In this document: positions 1 through 11,600 of the stretch, one piece after another
How positions within the stretch are numbered: position 1 is the stretch's first letter
Layout of the letters: every line of letters starts with the position of its first letter
From: Macrostomum hystrix
Taxonomy: Eukaryota; Animalia; Platyhelminthes
Assembly (NCBI GenBank): GCA_950097015.1
Contig: CATNEN010000039.1
Coordinates: 10,230,001-10,294,000 of the forward strand
Direction of reading: 5' to 3'
Length of the DNA stretch: 64,000 nucleotides
Position numbers and translations under genes: made by a program
The notes under the pieces: generated by a model
What the model saw: only the letters and a program-made list of their open reading frames with translations
Told to the model about the DNA's origin: nothing
Databases searched by the model: none

Positions 1-1773
1 CCGCAGGCAACACCGAAGTCCCGGAAAGCCTGCATTTAAATGAACAAATGTTGGATTGTGTGCCACTGTTTTTTGTTTGTTTAGTATTTAGTAAAGTGAC
101 AGATGCATAAAGTACAAAAGGCAAAGGGAAGGGTCAAATCCAAAAGGCATTTACCTTCACGAAGTTGGCGCCATTGTCGGTGGTCGTCATGACAACTTTG
201 TTTTCAATGTTGTAGTGGGCGTGAACTGCCAGCAGCTCCTGTGCAAGGAGCTCGCCCGTGTGACGACCCTGCAGGCGCTGGAAGGCCAGCACAGCGAATT
301 GGCGCTTGTGCGTTTCTTTCTCCAGCCAATGACACGTCACACCTAGGTAGGCTCTCTGGCCAGCAGATGTCCAACAATCGGCAGTCGTTGCCACGTACTG
401 GACGCTTTCAAGGATGCTGAAAGTGAGTATGTGGAGGCCAGAGGTACAACTGAGAGGAATATGAATGTCAAGTGTCAACGACTCAAAGTAATTTCATTAT
501 TTCATTTACCTGTGCAGCCGCTGCTTCATTGCCTCGAACGCCACCCCAATACGCCTGCCCAGAGTGCGGCGAGAAGGCACCTTCACGTGGGGGTTCAGAG
601 TCTTTACGAGCCTGATGAAGGACTGGGACTCCACCAGGCGCAATGGTAGCATGTTATCAGCAAAGCAGTTGACAAGCTGTATGTTGACATCTTCCTGCAA
701 GACAGCATGGCCAGAGCGTACCCTAGCAGACATAGCATATGCTTCAGCAATGCTCAACTGCCGTATGCCTTGAGGAGTAGCAGTTGGAGACTCTGCAGCA
801 TCAGCAGTAGCAACACTGTTTTCAGTAGTGGCAGCAGTGGTAAGACTAAGAGGAGTTGGAGGTGGCATGCCAGACTCAGTGTCAGTGCCAGTGGTTTTGG
901 CCATTGCCAATGCCATGATGAAGTCTCTGGCCTTTGGATTTACTTTTAGGCTTGGACCTGGGTCATTACTACTGGCATGTCGCTTCTTTCCCCGGTTAGA
1001 TCCTGCCTGGCAGAGTTTCTCAAACTGTAAAGGATAAGAAAATATGAGATAAATCAGATAGTTAGCTTAGCTAAATTAATTAATTAAATAATTAATGAGA
1101 ATGAGTGCATAAATTCAATAGCTAATCTAATAGGCTGATAAAAAAAGAATAGCCTAATATCTAATAAAGCATTTACAATATAAATAAAATATTAAATAAT
1201 ATGTATATTATATATTCAAGACTTTAACCCCACTAAAATTATTTCTCCTTTTCTAGACATAAATAATCTATACTAAAAAATGAAAATAAATAATTGATAA
1301 ATCAATGAAATATTAAATATAAAGACAACATCATAATTCATAATTCATAAAGACTACTAGTCCACTGAGTCTATTTAATAATAAATACATTATTAAAAGT
1401 ATAAAACTTAAAACATATAATTTATTTTTTATTAAGTATGCTGAATGCTGTACCTGTATACAACATTTATTTTTTAATATATACCTGGTCTAACAGTCTA
1501 AAAGGTTTATTTAATATTTATTTTAGACTTAAACTCATTCGGTTTATTTACCTTTTTTGACTCGCTGGGATGCTTTGACTGCACATGCTTCTTTAGATTC
1601 TGCAGTGATGTTACATGGGACTTGATTAGCTGTTTTTGTGGCGCACACAACTTGCACAAAAAAACTAGGTTAGACTGGGTAGCGCTGCTGCTGCTCTTTT
1701 CCTGCTGTAGCTCAAAAAAGGGAACCAAATGTCCCCAGGGGTTTGGCGTTGGGGACGTCGATGACGATGCCAT
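1..1773 (-). CDS. hAT transposase with N-terminal BED zinc finger (partial, 3' end off-window)
   Basis: Phase-consistent exons 1773-1552, 1024-510, 416-155, 29-1. BED finger W..CKLC...NLKKHVQSKH; LPLRLVESQSF...PSRRTL; catalytic-region motifs TADCWTS, YLGVTCHW, HTGE, TDNGANFVKAF. Confidence 0.92.
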
Positions 1774-2198
1774 CAGTGTGCAAATTCTTAAAATTTGGGT
1801 TAATTCGCAGATTCGAGGTAAGGTAACCAGAGTGAGTTACAAAGGTCAGAGTCGAGAAAAGGATTCAAAGGAACAATCGAACGAGAAACGAAAAAAAATT
1901 GAATTCAGTCAACAGATAAACAAAATATACAATTAAAATGTAAAAAGTCACAAAAATACTAATAAATGACTAAAGAGATAGTAAAAAACCTATAAACAAT
2001 GACAAATAGGAAATTTATACAAACGGGTAATTGGGGTAAACAAGCCACTTGTAATAGAAGTAACGGACTCACAAAAAGTCCATTCCGTTACCAAGTCCGT
2101 TACCTAACAAAAAAAGTAACTTCCGGTAGTAACGCTTCTAAAAAACGTAACTTCCGGTAGTAACGGAGGAACGGAGGAACGGAAGTTGCCCAACACTG
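1..2198 (-). mobile_element. hAT-superfamily DNA transposon, 5' portion (continues beyond the left edge of the window)
   Basis: The minus-strand end begins CAGTGTTGGGCAACTTCC (2198 downward), a hAT-like terminus. Subterminal GTAAC/GTTAC repeats lie at 2060-2185 (e.g. gtaacttccggtagtaacg twice). A transposase lies inside. The putative 8-bp TSD would be caaattac (2199-2206), which cannot be checked here. Confidence 0.8.
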
Positions 2199-2557
2199 CA
2201 AATTACTGTGCATAATGACTCTAATTGACAAAATGTTTATATTGTTACTAATTATTCTAAAGTAAAAGATTTAAATTATTGAATACTTCATTATAGGCCT
2301 AATGATACTGGACATATGGCTAAACTAGTAGCAATAAAAATGTGACAGATTCCATGGTCAGATTCCAATTTTGTTTAGCAAGGTTAACATTTTAGTACTA
2401 TCATTATTATGATTATTTTAATTATTTGAAATTATGTGATTGCTTGAAAAATTAAAATTTATACTTTATTTATATACCTAAAAATAAAATATACTCTGAT
2501 GGAATTTTACCAATATTCACTCCAGCTAACTGTGACCACTTAAGTGGAACTACTATT

Positions 2558-2820
2558 ATGCAATCATCAGTGGAGCAGAACCTTGACTATTGCGATAGTG
2601 GCTTTGGCAAGGAGGACTGGCTGCCACTAATGAATTCTGTCGGCATAGGAGGCTTCACAAGCATTGCAACTGACATTGGCTTGAGCTATGGCACACTTGC
2701 CAGCCAGCTCAGTGCCCAGGAGCAAATTGGCACTGCGGACGTTGCTGTGGGCCCGCAGCAGCAGCCGCAGACTGTACTACAGAAAAAGAAAAGGCGAGCT
2801 AGCCAGCAGGATGGCGGCGA

Positions 2821-2852
<32 letters not shown>

Positions 2853-3633
2853 GCACTGTCAAGAAGAAAAAGAAGGTAAGAACAAAATATAGCAAATACT
2901 TTTGTTACATTCTGTCCTTGTCCATTTTTGAGACTAACATTCTTCAACATTAAACTGGTATAGATTACCTTATTCTTGAGCTTTTGCTTTCATTTATTCC
3001 CTCCCCATTCCTGTTAGTCCAGCTACTTTTAGCTTTGGGGAAGAAGCTGAATTCCCAGCCAATTTAACCAACTTTTGCATTTAGGTCAAGGCGGCCGTTT
3101 CTGTCGAACATCCGTTGACATCCAGCAGCGACTTTGCTGGCGACGTCCAGGACGACAATAACGACGATGACAGCGGCAGCGTCGGCAGCGGCACCGAAGG
3201 GCGGCACAATCAGCGATTCACTGAGCTGCAGCGTGCCGCACTGGAGTCAGTGTACGCCACCGCCAAGTACCAGAGCCCCTCTGATCGAGCCATCCTGGCA
3301 TCCAGCATCGGCGTGACGGCGAACCGCGTCGCCGCCTGGTTTCAACGTAGACGCTGGCGCGATAGGCGCCGTCTAGGCCTTCAAGGCCGCCTGCCGGACT
3401 GGGTGCCGCCGCCGCCGCAGCGACAACAGTCGGCAGCATCGGAGGCATCATTGAGTCCGACTGCGCCAGTGCCCGTTGTCGCGTCCTCTCTGCCGCAGCT
3501 GCCGGCCGACGGGGTCGCCATGGCAACAGGCCTGACAACGCGGCCGACGGCGCCAGTGCTACCATCAGGCCAGCAGCCTCCAGTGCGGGTCACGCTGCCG
3601 CCAATTTCCTCTCTGCTGTCGTTGTGGCATTAG
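2558..3633 (+). CDS. Divergent homeobox protein (2 exons)
   Basis: Exons 2558-2875 (AAG|GTAAG) and 3085-3633 (TTTAG|), phase 0. Homeodomain at 3196-3375 is in register: F8, L16, Y20, Y25, L34, W48, F49, Q50, R53. Exon 1 has KKKRR and KKKKK NLS-like tracts and a poly-Ala run. Confidence 0.8.
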
Positions 3634-3785
3634 CTCGCTGCAGAGCACGCGAATACAAGCTTAGTGGTTGTTATCCCTTCTAACACTTTGTTCCCATTGA
3701 GAATCTGAGATTTCTGGAAGATTGGGGCTAAGAATTTCGCGAAGGCTTGGAAACCCTGCCAGTTCTGCAATGTTACCTGGATCAG

Positions 3786-4217
3786 CAGGTTCAGCAGCCA
3801 CCCTCAGATCCTCAGGTTCAGCAGCCACCCTCAGATCCTCAGGTTTAGCACACTCAGATCCTCAGGTTCAGCAGCCACCCTCAGATCCTCAGGTTCAGCA
3901 TCCACCCTCAGATCCTCAGGTTTAGCACACTCAGATCCTCAGGTTCAGCAGCCACCCTCAGATCCTCAGGTTTAGCACACTCAGATCCTCAGGTTCAGCA
4001 GCCACCCTCAGATCCTCAGGTTTAGCACACTCAGATCCTCAGGTTCAGCAGCCACCCTCAGATCCTCAGGTTCAGCATCCACCCTCAGATCCTCAGATTC
4101 AGCAGCCACCCTCAGATCCTCAGGTTCAGCACACTCAGATCCTCAGGTTCAGCAGCCACCCTCAGATCGTCAGGTTCAGCACCCTCAGATCCTCAGGTTC
4201 ATCACCCTCAGATCCTC
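3786..4217. repeat. Minisatellite, mixed ~24-28 bp units (cctcagatcctcaggttcagcagcca core)
   Basis: Tandem units visible directly. Confidence 0.95.
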
Positions 4218-4796
4218 TGTTTATCTCCCAGTTCAGTAAACTCGTTTAGTTTTCAGTTTAGTTTTATTTTGACTTTTCATTCCAGACTGTGTGCGATGTT
4301 TTATTGTTCATTTTTATCTGTCTTTTAGAGAACTGGTTTCCCTAGTTTCTGCTTTTGTTACCAGCGGCCATGTTGCTCGCATGTTGTCGATGTTGTGTGG
4401 TGCTGTCGAGTTGTTTAATTTTAGGCCTAGCTCTCTGATTAATGATCTGGTAGCTCATTCCGTGTTCCCCGCTTGTCTAACATTTTACGCTATTCATTTT
4501 TAATAGCGCAAGGCTCAATTTCTTGCTATTAAATCGAACACAGCTCAGTATTTGTGCTAATCATCATTTTTTTTGTTTTTTTGTCGAGACGGACAAGTTG
4601 TCCTCTCGAATGCACACTTTGTTGGCAGAAAAAGCAGCCAAAGCAACATATTAAAATAACTTTTTGTCGCGTCAAAGCTTCAACTACTTTTGTTGTTTGT
4701 TTTACTTTGCGCTAATTTAGATAAAATTCTGTGCTGGTCACACACTGGGTTTAAGTCTGCTTGCAGCACTGTAAATCAACTCTAATTTTCAGAGAC

Positions 4797-5717
4797 CCAA
4801 AAATCAACTCTGAGATTCAGGGACCCCCAAAAATCAACTCTGAGATTCAGGGACCCCCAAAAATCAACTCTGAGATTCAGGGACCCCCAAAAATCAACTC
4901 TGAGATTCAGGGACCCTCAAAAATCAACTCTGAGATTCAGGGACCCCCAAAAATCAACTCTGAGATTCAGGGACCCCTCAAAAATCAACTCTGAGATTCA
5001 GGGACCCCCAAAAATCAACTCTGAGATTCAGGGACCCCCAAAAATCAACTCTGAGATTCAGGGACCCCAAAAATCAACCCTGAGATTCAGGGACCTCCAA
5101 AAATCAACCCTGAGATTCAGGAACTCCTTAACCGTGAGAGATTCAAGAAACCCCCAATTAACCGTTAGAGATTCACGGAACCCCCAATCAACCGTGAGAG
5201 ATTCAGGGAACCCCCAATCAACCGTGAGAGATTCAGGGAACCCCCAATCAACCGTGAGAGATTCAGGGAACCCCCAATTAACCGTGAGAGATTCAAGGAA
5301 CCCCCAATTAACCGTGAGAAATTCACGGAACCCCCAATCAACCGTGAGAGATTCAGGGAACCCCCAATCAACCGTGAGAGATTCAGGGAACCCCCAATTA
5401 ACCGTGAGAGATTCAAGGAACCCCCAATTAACCGTGAGAAATTCACGGAACCCCCAATTAACCGTGAGAGATTCACGGAACCCCCAATCAACCGTGAGAG
5501 ATTCAGGGAACCCCCACTCAACCGTGAGAGATTCAGGGAACCCCCAATTAACCGTGAGAGATTCAAGGAACCCCCAATTAACCGTGAGAGATTCACGGAA
5601 CCCCCAATTAACCGTGAGAGATTCACGGAACCCCCAATCAACCGTGAGAGATTCAGGGAACCCCCAATCAACCGTGAGAGATTCAGGAAAGCCCCAATCA
5701 ACCGTGAGAGATTCAGT
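4797..5717. repeat. Composite 30-bp minisatellite (aaaatcaactctgagattcagggaccccca grading into accgtgagagattcagggaacccccaatca)
   Basis: Two related tandem blocks, with the switch at about 5120. Confidence 0.95.
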
Positions 5718-6427
5718 GACCCTCCAATCGATTGAGTTTACGGTCATCAATCTTGATCAACTCTCACATTTTCCCGTATTCATTTTAAGTTTACGTTTCC
5801 TAACTAAATTGTTTAGATTTTTGAGCCAACTTTGTCGCACACGTTCGAGTGCAGGAAAATTGTGTCAAGGTTGGAAAATTTGACAAAAATCCCAGAACAA
5901 ATCGCAAGTTTTTTCACAGAATCCTTTTTTATGTCCTAGCTTTATTGAATCGCGCATTTTTGTGTGAGTTGTGTTTCCCCAGATCCCATGATAGCTCAAC
6001 TGAGTAAACTATTGCTTACACAACATGTACAAGTAATATAATTTATTAGCGATCTAGAATCGCTTGCAGTTGCGGTTGCTTCCAAGATAAAAGTTGCCTT
6101 GTTCATCGAGATCTGTTCAGTTGTTCTTTTTCACTCGTCCTTGTCATCTATCACCGCTTACTACTATTAGTAAAGACGCCCAGGTGTTTAGATATTCTAT
6201 TTTCCAGCTCTTTTGTGTTGTAAATAACTCGTATTTCGAGTGTTTTATCGATCGTGTGTTGGTTGGCGCGTTTCGTTGAAGAGGGCCTAGAAACTAATCC
6301 AGAAAGTAACAAGAGTTGCACTTTTCTGTTTTAATAAGTGCATCTATCAGATGCCTGAATTCAGCAAATCCACTCTTGCTCGCTTCTCTTTGACTTGATT
6401 CTTCTTTTGCAAGTACAGATTGACAGG

Positions 6428-7267
6428 AAGACAGGCTGAAGGGCATGAGGAGACAGACTGAAGGAGAGAGGAGACAGACTGAAGGAGAGAGGAGACAGAC
6501 TGAAGGAGAGAGGAGACCGGCTGAATTAGAGAGGAGACCGGTTGAATTAGAGAGGAGACCGGCTGAATTAGAGAGGAGACCGGCTGAATTAGAGAGGAGA
6601 CCGGCTGAATTAGAGAGGAGACCGGCTGAATTAGAGAGGAGACCGGTTGAAAGAGAGAGGAGACAGACTGAAGGGATGAGGGAGACAGGCTGAAGGAGAG
6701 AGCAGACAGACTGAAGTAGAGAGCAGACAGACTGAAGGGATGAGGGAGATAGGCTGAAGGAGAGAGCAGACAGACTGAAGGAGAGAGCAGACAGACTGAA
6801 GGAGAGAGCAGACAGACTGAAGGGATGAGGGAGACAGGCTGAAGGAGGGAGGAGACCGGCTGAAGGAGAGAGGAGACCGGCTGAAGGAGAGAGGAGACAG
6901 GCTGAAGGAGAGAGGAGACAGACTGAAGGAGAGAGGAGACCGGCTGAAGGAGAGAGGAGACAGGCTGAAGGAGGGAGGAGAGGAGACCGGCTGAAGGAGA
7001 GAGGAGACAGACTGAAGGGATGAGGGAGACAGACTGAAGGGATGAGGGAGACAGACTGAAGGAGAGAGGAGACAGACTGAAGGAGAGAGGAGACAGACTG
7101 AAGGAGAGAGGAGACAGACTGAAGGGATGAGGGAGACAGACTGAAGGAGAGAGGAGACAGACTGAAGGAGAGAGGAGACAGACTGAAGGAGAGAGGAGAC
7201 AGACTGAAGGAGACAGGAGACTGAAGGAGAGGAGACAGACTGAAGAGGAGAGGAGGACAGGCTGAAG
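6428..7267. repeat. Purine-rich 21-bp minisatellite (gagaggagacagactgaagga)
   Basis: Tandem units with variants. Confidence 0.95.
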
Positions 7268-8693
7268 CGAACCCGAGGCGAAAATAATAAGCAAAAAGGA
7301 ACAAGTCGGATAAAATTCACAATTAGAGTCAACTGACAGTAAAGTAGGACAGTACAAAGCAAACGTTGCTGAGAGAAGAAAATGTGCACTTTTTATTTAA
7401 AGTAAACAAAGCACATTGTTGCTGCAGGCATGTGCACTGCGGGATAGAAAAGATCCGTCTATAAAACTTTTCAGTAGTTAAAAAGCAGTGCCAAAATTGC
7501 AACTTATCCAGTGTTTTGTTTTTTTACTAAACTGCTGCATTTAGTTAGATTAATCACACGCAGAGAGCGAAAAGATACAAAATATTAAACTATTTCCAAG
7601 TAGAAAAAATCAGTTTTTTCTAAGCGAGGCAAGTGCGCAACTGACTACTGACTACTCCGACTATGAAAGTAGTCTCGGATAGATTACCCATGATAATTTC
7701 TACTATATAACAGGGCACGACTAAAAGAAGACAGATTGTCGTACAATGAAGGGGCAGTGCGAACTGGCACTGTTATGCGACAGGTGCATATACAGGTACA
7801 AGCAAAAAAGTAGGCAAGGCAGCATAAGCTAGCGCCGATATTTAAATATTTGCAAGCAAAAAACACCAGCTCTAAACGCACAATTGCAAAATCTATAAAA
7901 TTTCACAACCAGAAAAGCGTTGAAAACACGGGATTTTAGAATTGTTAGGACTGCCTATAATATCAACTAGCTAAATTTATAACAGATTCAAAAAAGCAGA
8001 AAAGAAAAAAAGTTATTAAAAATCTATACAACTCTGACTAGGATAGGCAGCAAACGGGGAAAAACTAAAAAGCGAGCCTTTCGAAAGTAGCGCATGGTAC
8101 TACTGCCAGCTGGCGAGACTAGTAGGCAATAGGAAACATTGCAAGCGAAATTGTTGCTAACTGGTAAATTAGCAATATAGTTCTCCGCTATATATAAATT
8201 AGTCAGTTTTGTACCTGTAAATGCAGTGCACAGATAAAAATAATTTGTTAATCCGAAGCAGGCGATCAGCGTGACAAAAATATGAACAAATCACAGCTCA
8301 TGCTCGAGCGCGCTTGCTGCTCAAATTTAACTGTGAATGGACCTTTCAAAGAATCGAGATACAAGAAAGTTTCTAATCGTGTTAAACGTTCTACGATTAA
8401 TATCGATAAGTAACGAATATCTAAAATGTAAAAATCAAACGATTTTCGCTACATATCGGGACTTTTACTAATTTGCCTAATTTGAGATTCAGTTATTTTC
8501 GTGACATAAACTGAGATTAGATGAATATGGGAAAGACAAGCTATGGGATTCCGTGGATAAGGTTGAAATTCACGATGAGACGATTTACGATTTCTATACA
8601 CAAGATGATACGCCTACTACGACTGAAACTAGTTTGCTAGCAATATACGAATTCTCATATTTTTCGCTACATATCGGCCCATTTGACCAGCCT

Positions 8694-11600
8694 TCAGCCA
8701 GCGCCGTCTCCGCTGTGCCAGGCGGTAGCGGCGGTGGCGATGGTCTTCCGTTTTTCCCGATCGTGTCGAATGCCCCGACTGTAAAGCGAGCGAGTCATAA
8801 CGCCAGACACTGGTATCTGAGGCTGCTGCTGCTGCTGCTGCTGCTGACTGTCGTTCGACAGAGGCGGAGTGTTTGACAGAGACCTGGGCGAGTGGACGGA
8901 GGACAATCAATCTTGAATCGGCACTGTAGCGAGCGAGTCTCTTCATATCCATTAAATATCATAGTTTATCTCACCATATCCATCGAATCTCATAGTTTAT
9001 CTCACCCTATCCATCTAATCTCACAGTTTATCTCAGCCTATCCATCTAATCTCACAGTTTATCTCACCCTATCCATCTAATCTCACAGTTTATCTCAGCC
9101 TATCCATCTAATCTCACAGTTTATCTCACCCTATCCATCTAATCTCACAGTTTATCTCACCATATCCATCGAATCTCATAGTTTATCTCACCCTATCCAT
9201 CTAATCTCACAGTTTATCTCAGCCTATCCATCTAATCTCACAGTTTATCTCACCCTATCCATCTAATCTCATAGTTTATCTCACCATATCCATCCAATCT
9301 CACAGTTTATCTCACCATATCCATCTAATCTCACAGTTTATCTCACCTTATCCATCTAATCTCATAGTTTATCTCACCCTATCCATCTAATCTCACAGTT
9401 TATCTCAGCCTATCCATCTAATCTCACAGTTTATCTCACCCTATCCATCTAATCTCATAGTTTATCTCACCATATCCATCCAATCTCACAGTTTATCTCA
9501 CCATATCCATCTAATCTCACAGTTTATCTCACCTTATCCATCTAATCTCATAGTTTATCTCACCCTATCCATCTAATCTCACAGTTTATCTCACCCTATC
9601 CATCTAATCTCATAGTTTATCTCACCCTATCAATCTAATCTCACAGTTTATCTCACCCTATCCATCTAATCTCATAGTTTATCACACCCTTACCAACCAA
9701 TCCGATACTTTGCCCCAGTTTGTTTTGTGATCAGTACTCACAGGCTGGCCATGCTCTGACTCATGTAGCTGTGCTCAAGCGCCTCCATTTTGAACTTTAA
9801 CTCTTCGTAGTTCATGCTGAGCCGACTCTTGGCCTTGTTTTCCTGATCGAATTTGCGCAACAGCAGCTGGTGCTTCTCGTGCAGTAGCCTGCAGGATGAA
9901 GGGAAGCGTGGCTCTATACTTTTCAGGATCTACGCCTTGGCTGGGATGCCATTATCTAGTAGTCCTTGGTCAACCAGTTGGAATGCTATTATCTAGTAGT
10001 CCTTGGTCAACCAGTTGGAATGCTATTATCTAGTAGTCCTTGGTCAACCAGTTGGAATGCTATTATCTAGTAGTCCTTGGTCAACCAGTTGGAATGCTAT
10101 TATCTAGTAGTCCTTGGTCAACCAGTTGGGATGCTATTATCATGTAAATAACTCACTTCTCATTCTCAGTTTTCATGGCCAGTATCGCCTCCAGATTCTC
10201 AATCTTGCACTGCATCTGCACCGTCCGTTCTCGCAGCTCCTTGACCCCAGCCAGCCGCTCCTCCACCTCCATCCGCTGGCGTCGAAGTTCGGACACCTCG
10301 CGGGTGCGCAGCTCCAGAACAGACTTTAGCGACGCGATCTCGTCAGGCAGGTGGCGATAGCTAGCTAGTGCGGCCTAGAAAGAGGCGAAAGTGGGTGGCA
10401 GATTGAGTAGATGGATGGCAGATTGAGTAGATGTATGGCAGATTGAGTAGATGGATGGCAGATTGAGTAGATGGATGGCAGATTGAGTAGATGTATGGCA
10501 GATTGAGTAGATGGATGGCAGATTGAGTAGATGGATGGCAGATTGAGTAGATGTATGGCAGATTGAGTAGATGGATGGCAGATTGAGTAGATGGATGGCA
10601 GATTGAGTAGATGTATGGCAGATTGAGTAGATGGATGGCAGATTGAGTAGGTGTATGGCAGATTGAGTAGATGTATGGCAGATTGAGTAGGTGGACGGTA
10701 GATTGAGTAGGTGGACGTTAGATTGAGTAGGTGGGTGGCAGATTGAGTAGGTGTATGGCAGATTAAATTAGACGGGTGGTAGATGAGTAGGTGTATGGCG
10801 CACTGAGTAGGCAGGTCGCAATTTGAGTAGGTGGGCACCTGTAATTCCGCCACCTCGGCCGCTGTTGCCGCGGATTGTGGTTGCTGCATCTGCAACAGTG
10901 GAGCAATTGGACGCTCGTCTCCATCAATGATCGATGAGGAGCGGAATGAGGATGACTGCTGCTGTCTGTTGCTGCGTCTCAGTTGAATGGTCGATTCAGG
11001 CAGCTCAGAACCGTCTTCTGTAACTATGGGTGGAGCTTCCGCATCCGCTGCGCCAGTTTCCACATTTTCCCGACCAGATTCGGAATCCACTGTCTGACAG
11101 CTGGCATCCACAGACTGGTGAGTGCTTGCATCAATTGAGATGGGCTCCGTGTTTGACGCCACAGATGAATATTCTTTAGTCGGTGGTCGAGCTTTTAACT
11201 CTTCCTGGAAAATTATTTTTAAATAGAGTTAAAAAAAATTACGGGTTAAAACAACTACTTCTGTAATTAAGAAATTTACCTCAAGCTTAGACTCCGCCAC
11301 CGCAACCTTCTCAGCCATAGTGGAGCACTGGAATTGGGCCATAGACAATTGGCTCTGCAGCTCGGCGATCGCCGCCTCGTATTTGTTGGCCAGATCGTTT
11401 AACTTAGCCGAATGGCGGCGCTCCGTGTCTGAAATAAAAAAAGGACAACAATATCCGCATCAGCCTACTGACACAAGTAGCAAGTAAGAAACCGGCTCCC
11501 ACCTTGCAGCGTCTTTGCCTCCTGCTCTAATAGTGATTTCAATTCGCGACTGTGCAGAGCCAGCTGTTGCTCCAGGGTTGCCTGGTGCTGAATAGCCAGG

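Noticed and set aside
6294-7389. Overlapping ORFs over the GA-rich array, including a charged RRPAELE frame
   Set aside because: All three minus frames are open because of low complexity, the plus frame is interrupted by stops, and there is no recognisable protein.
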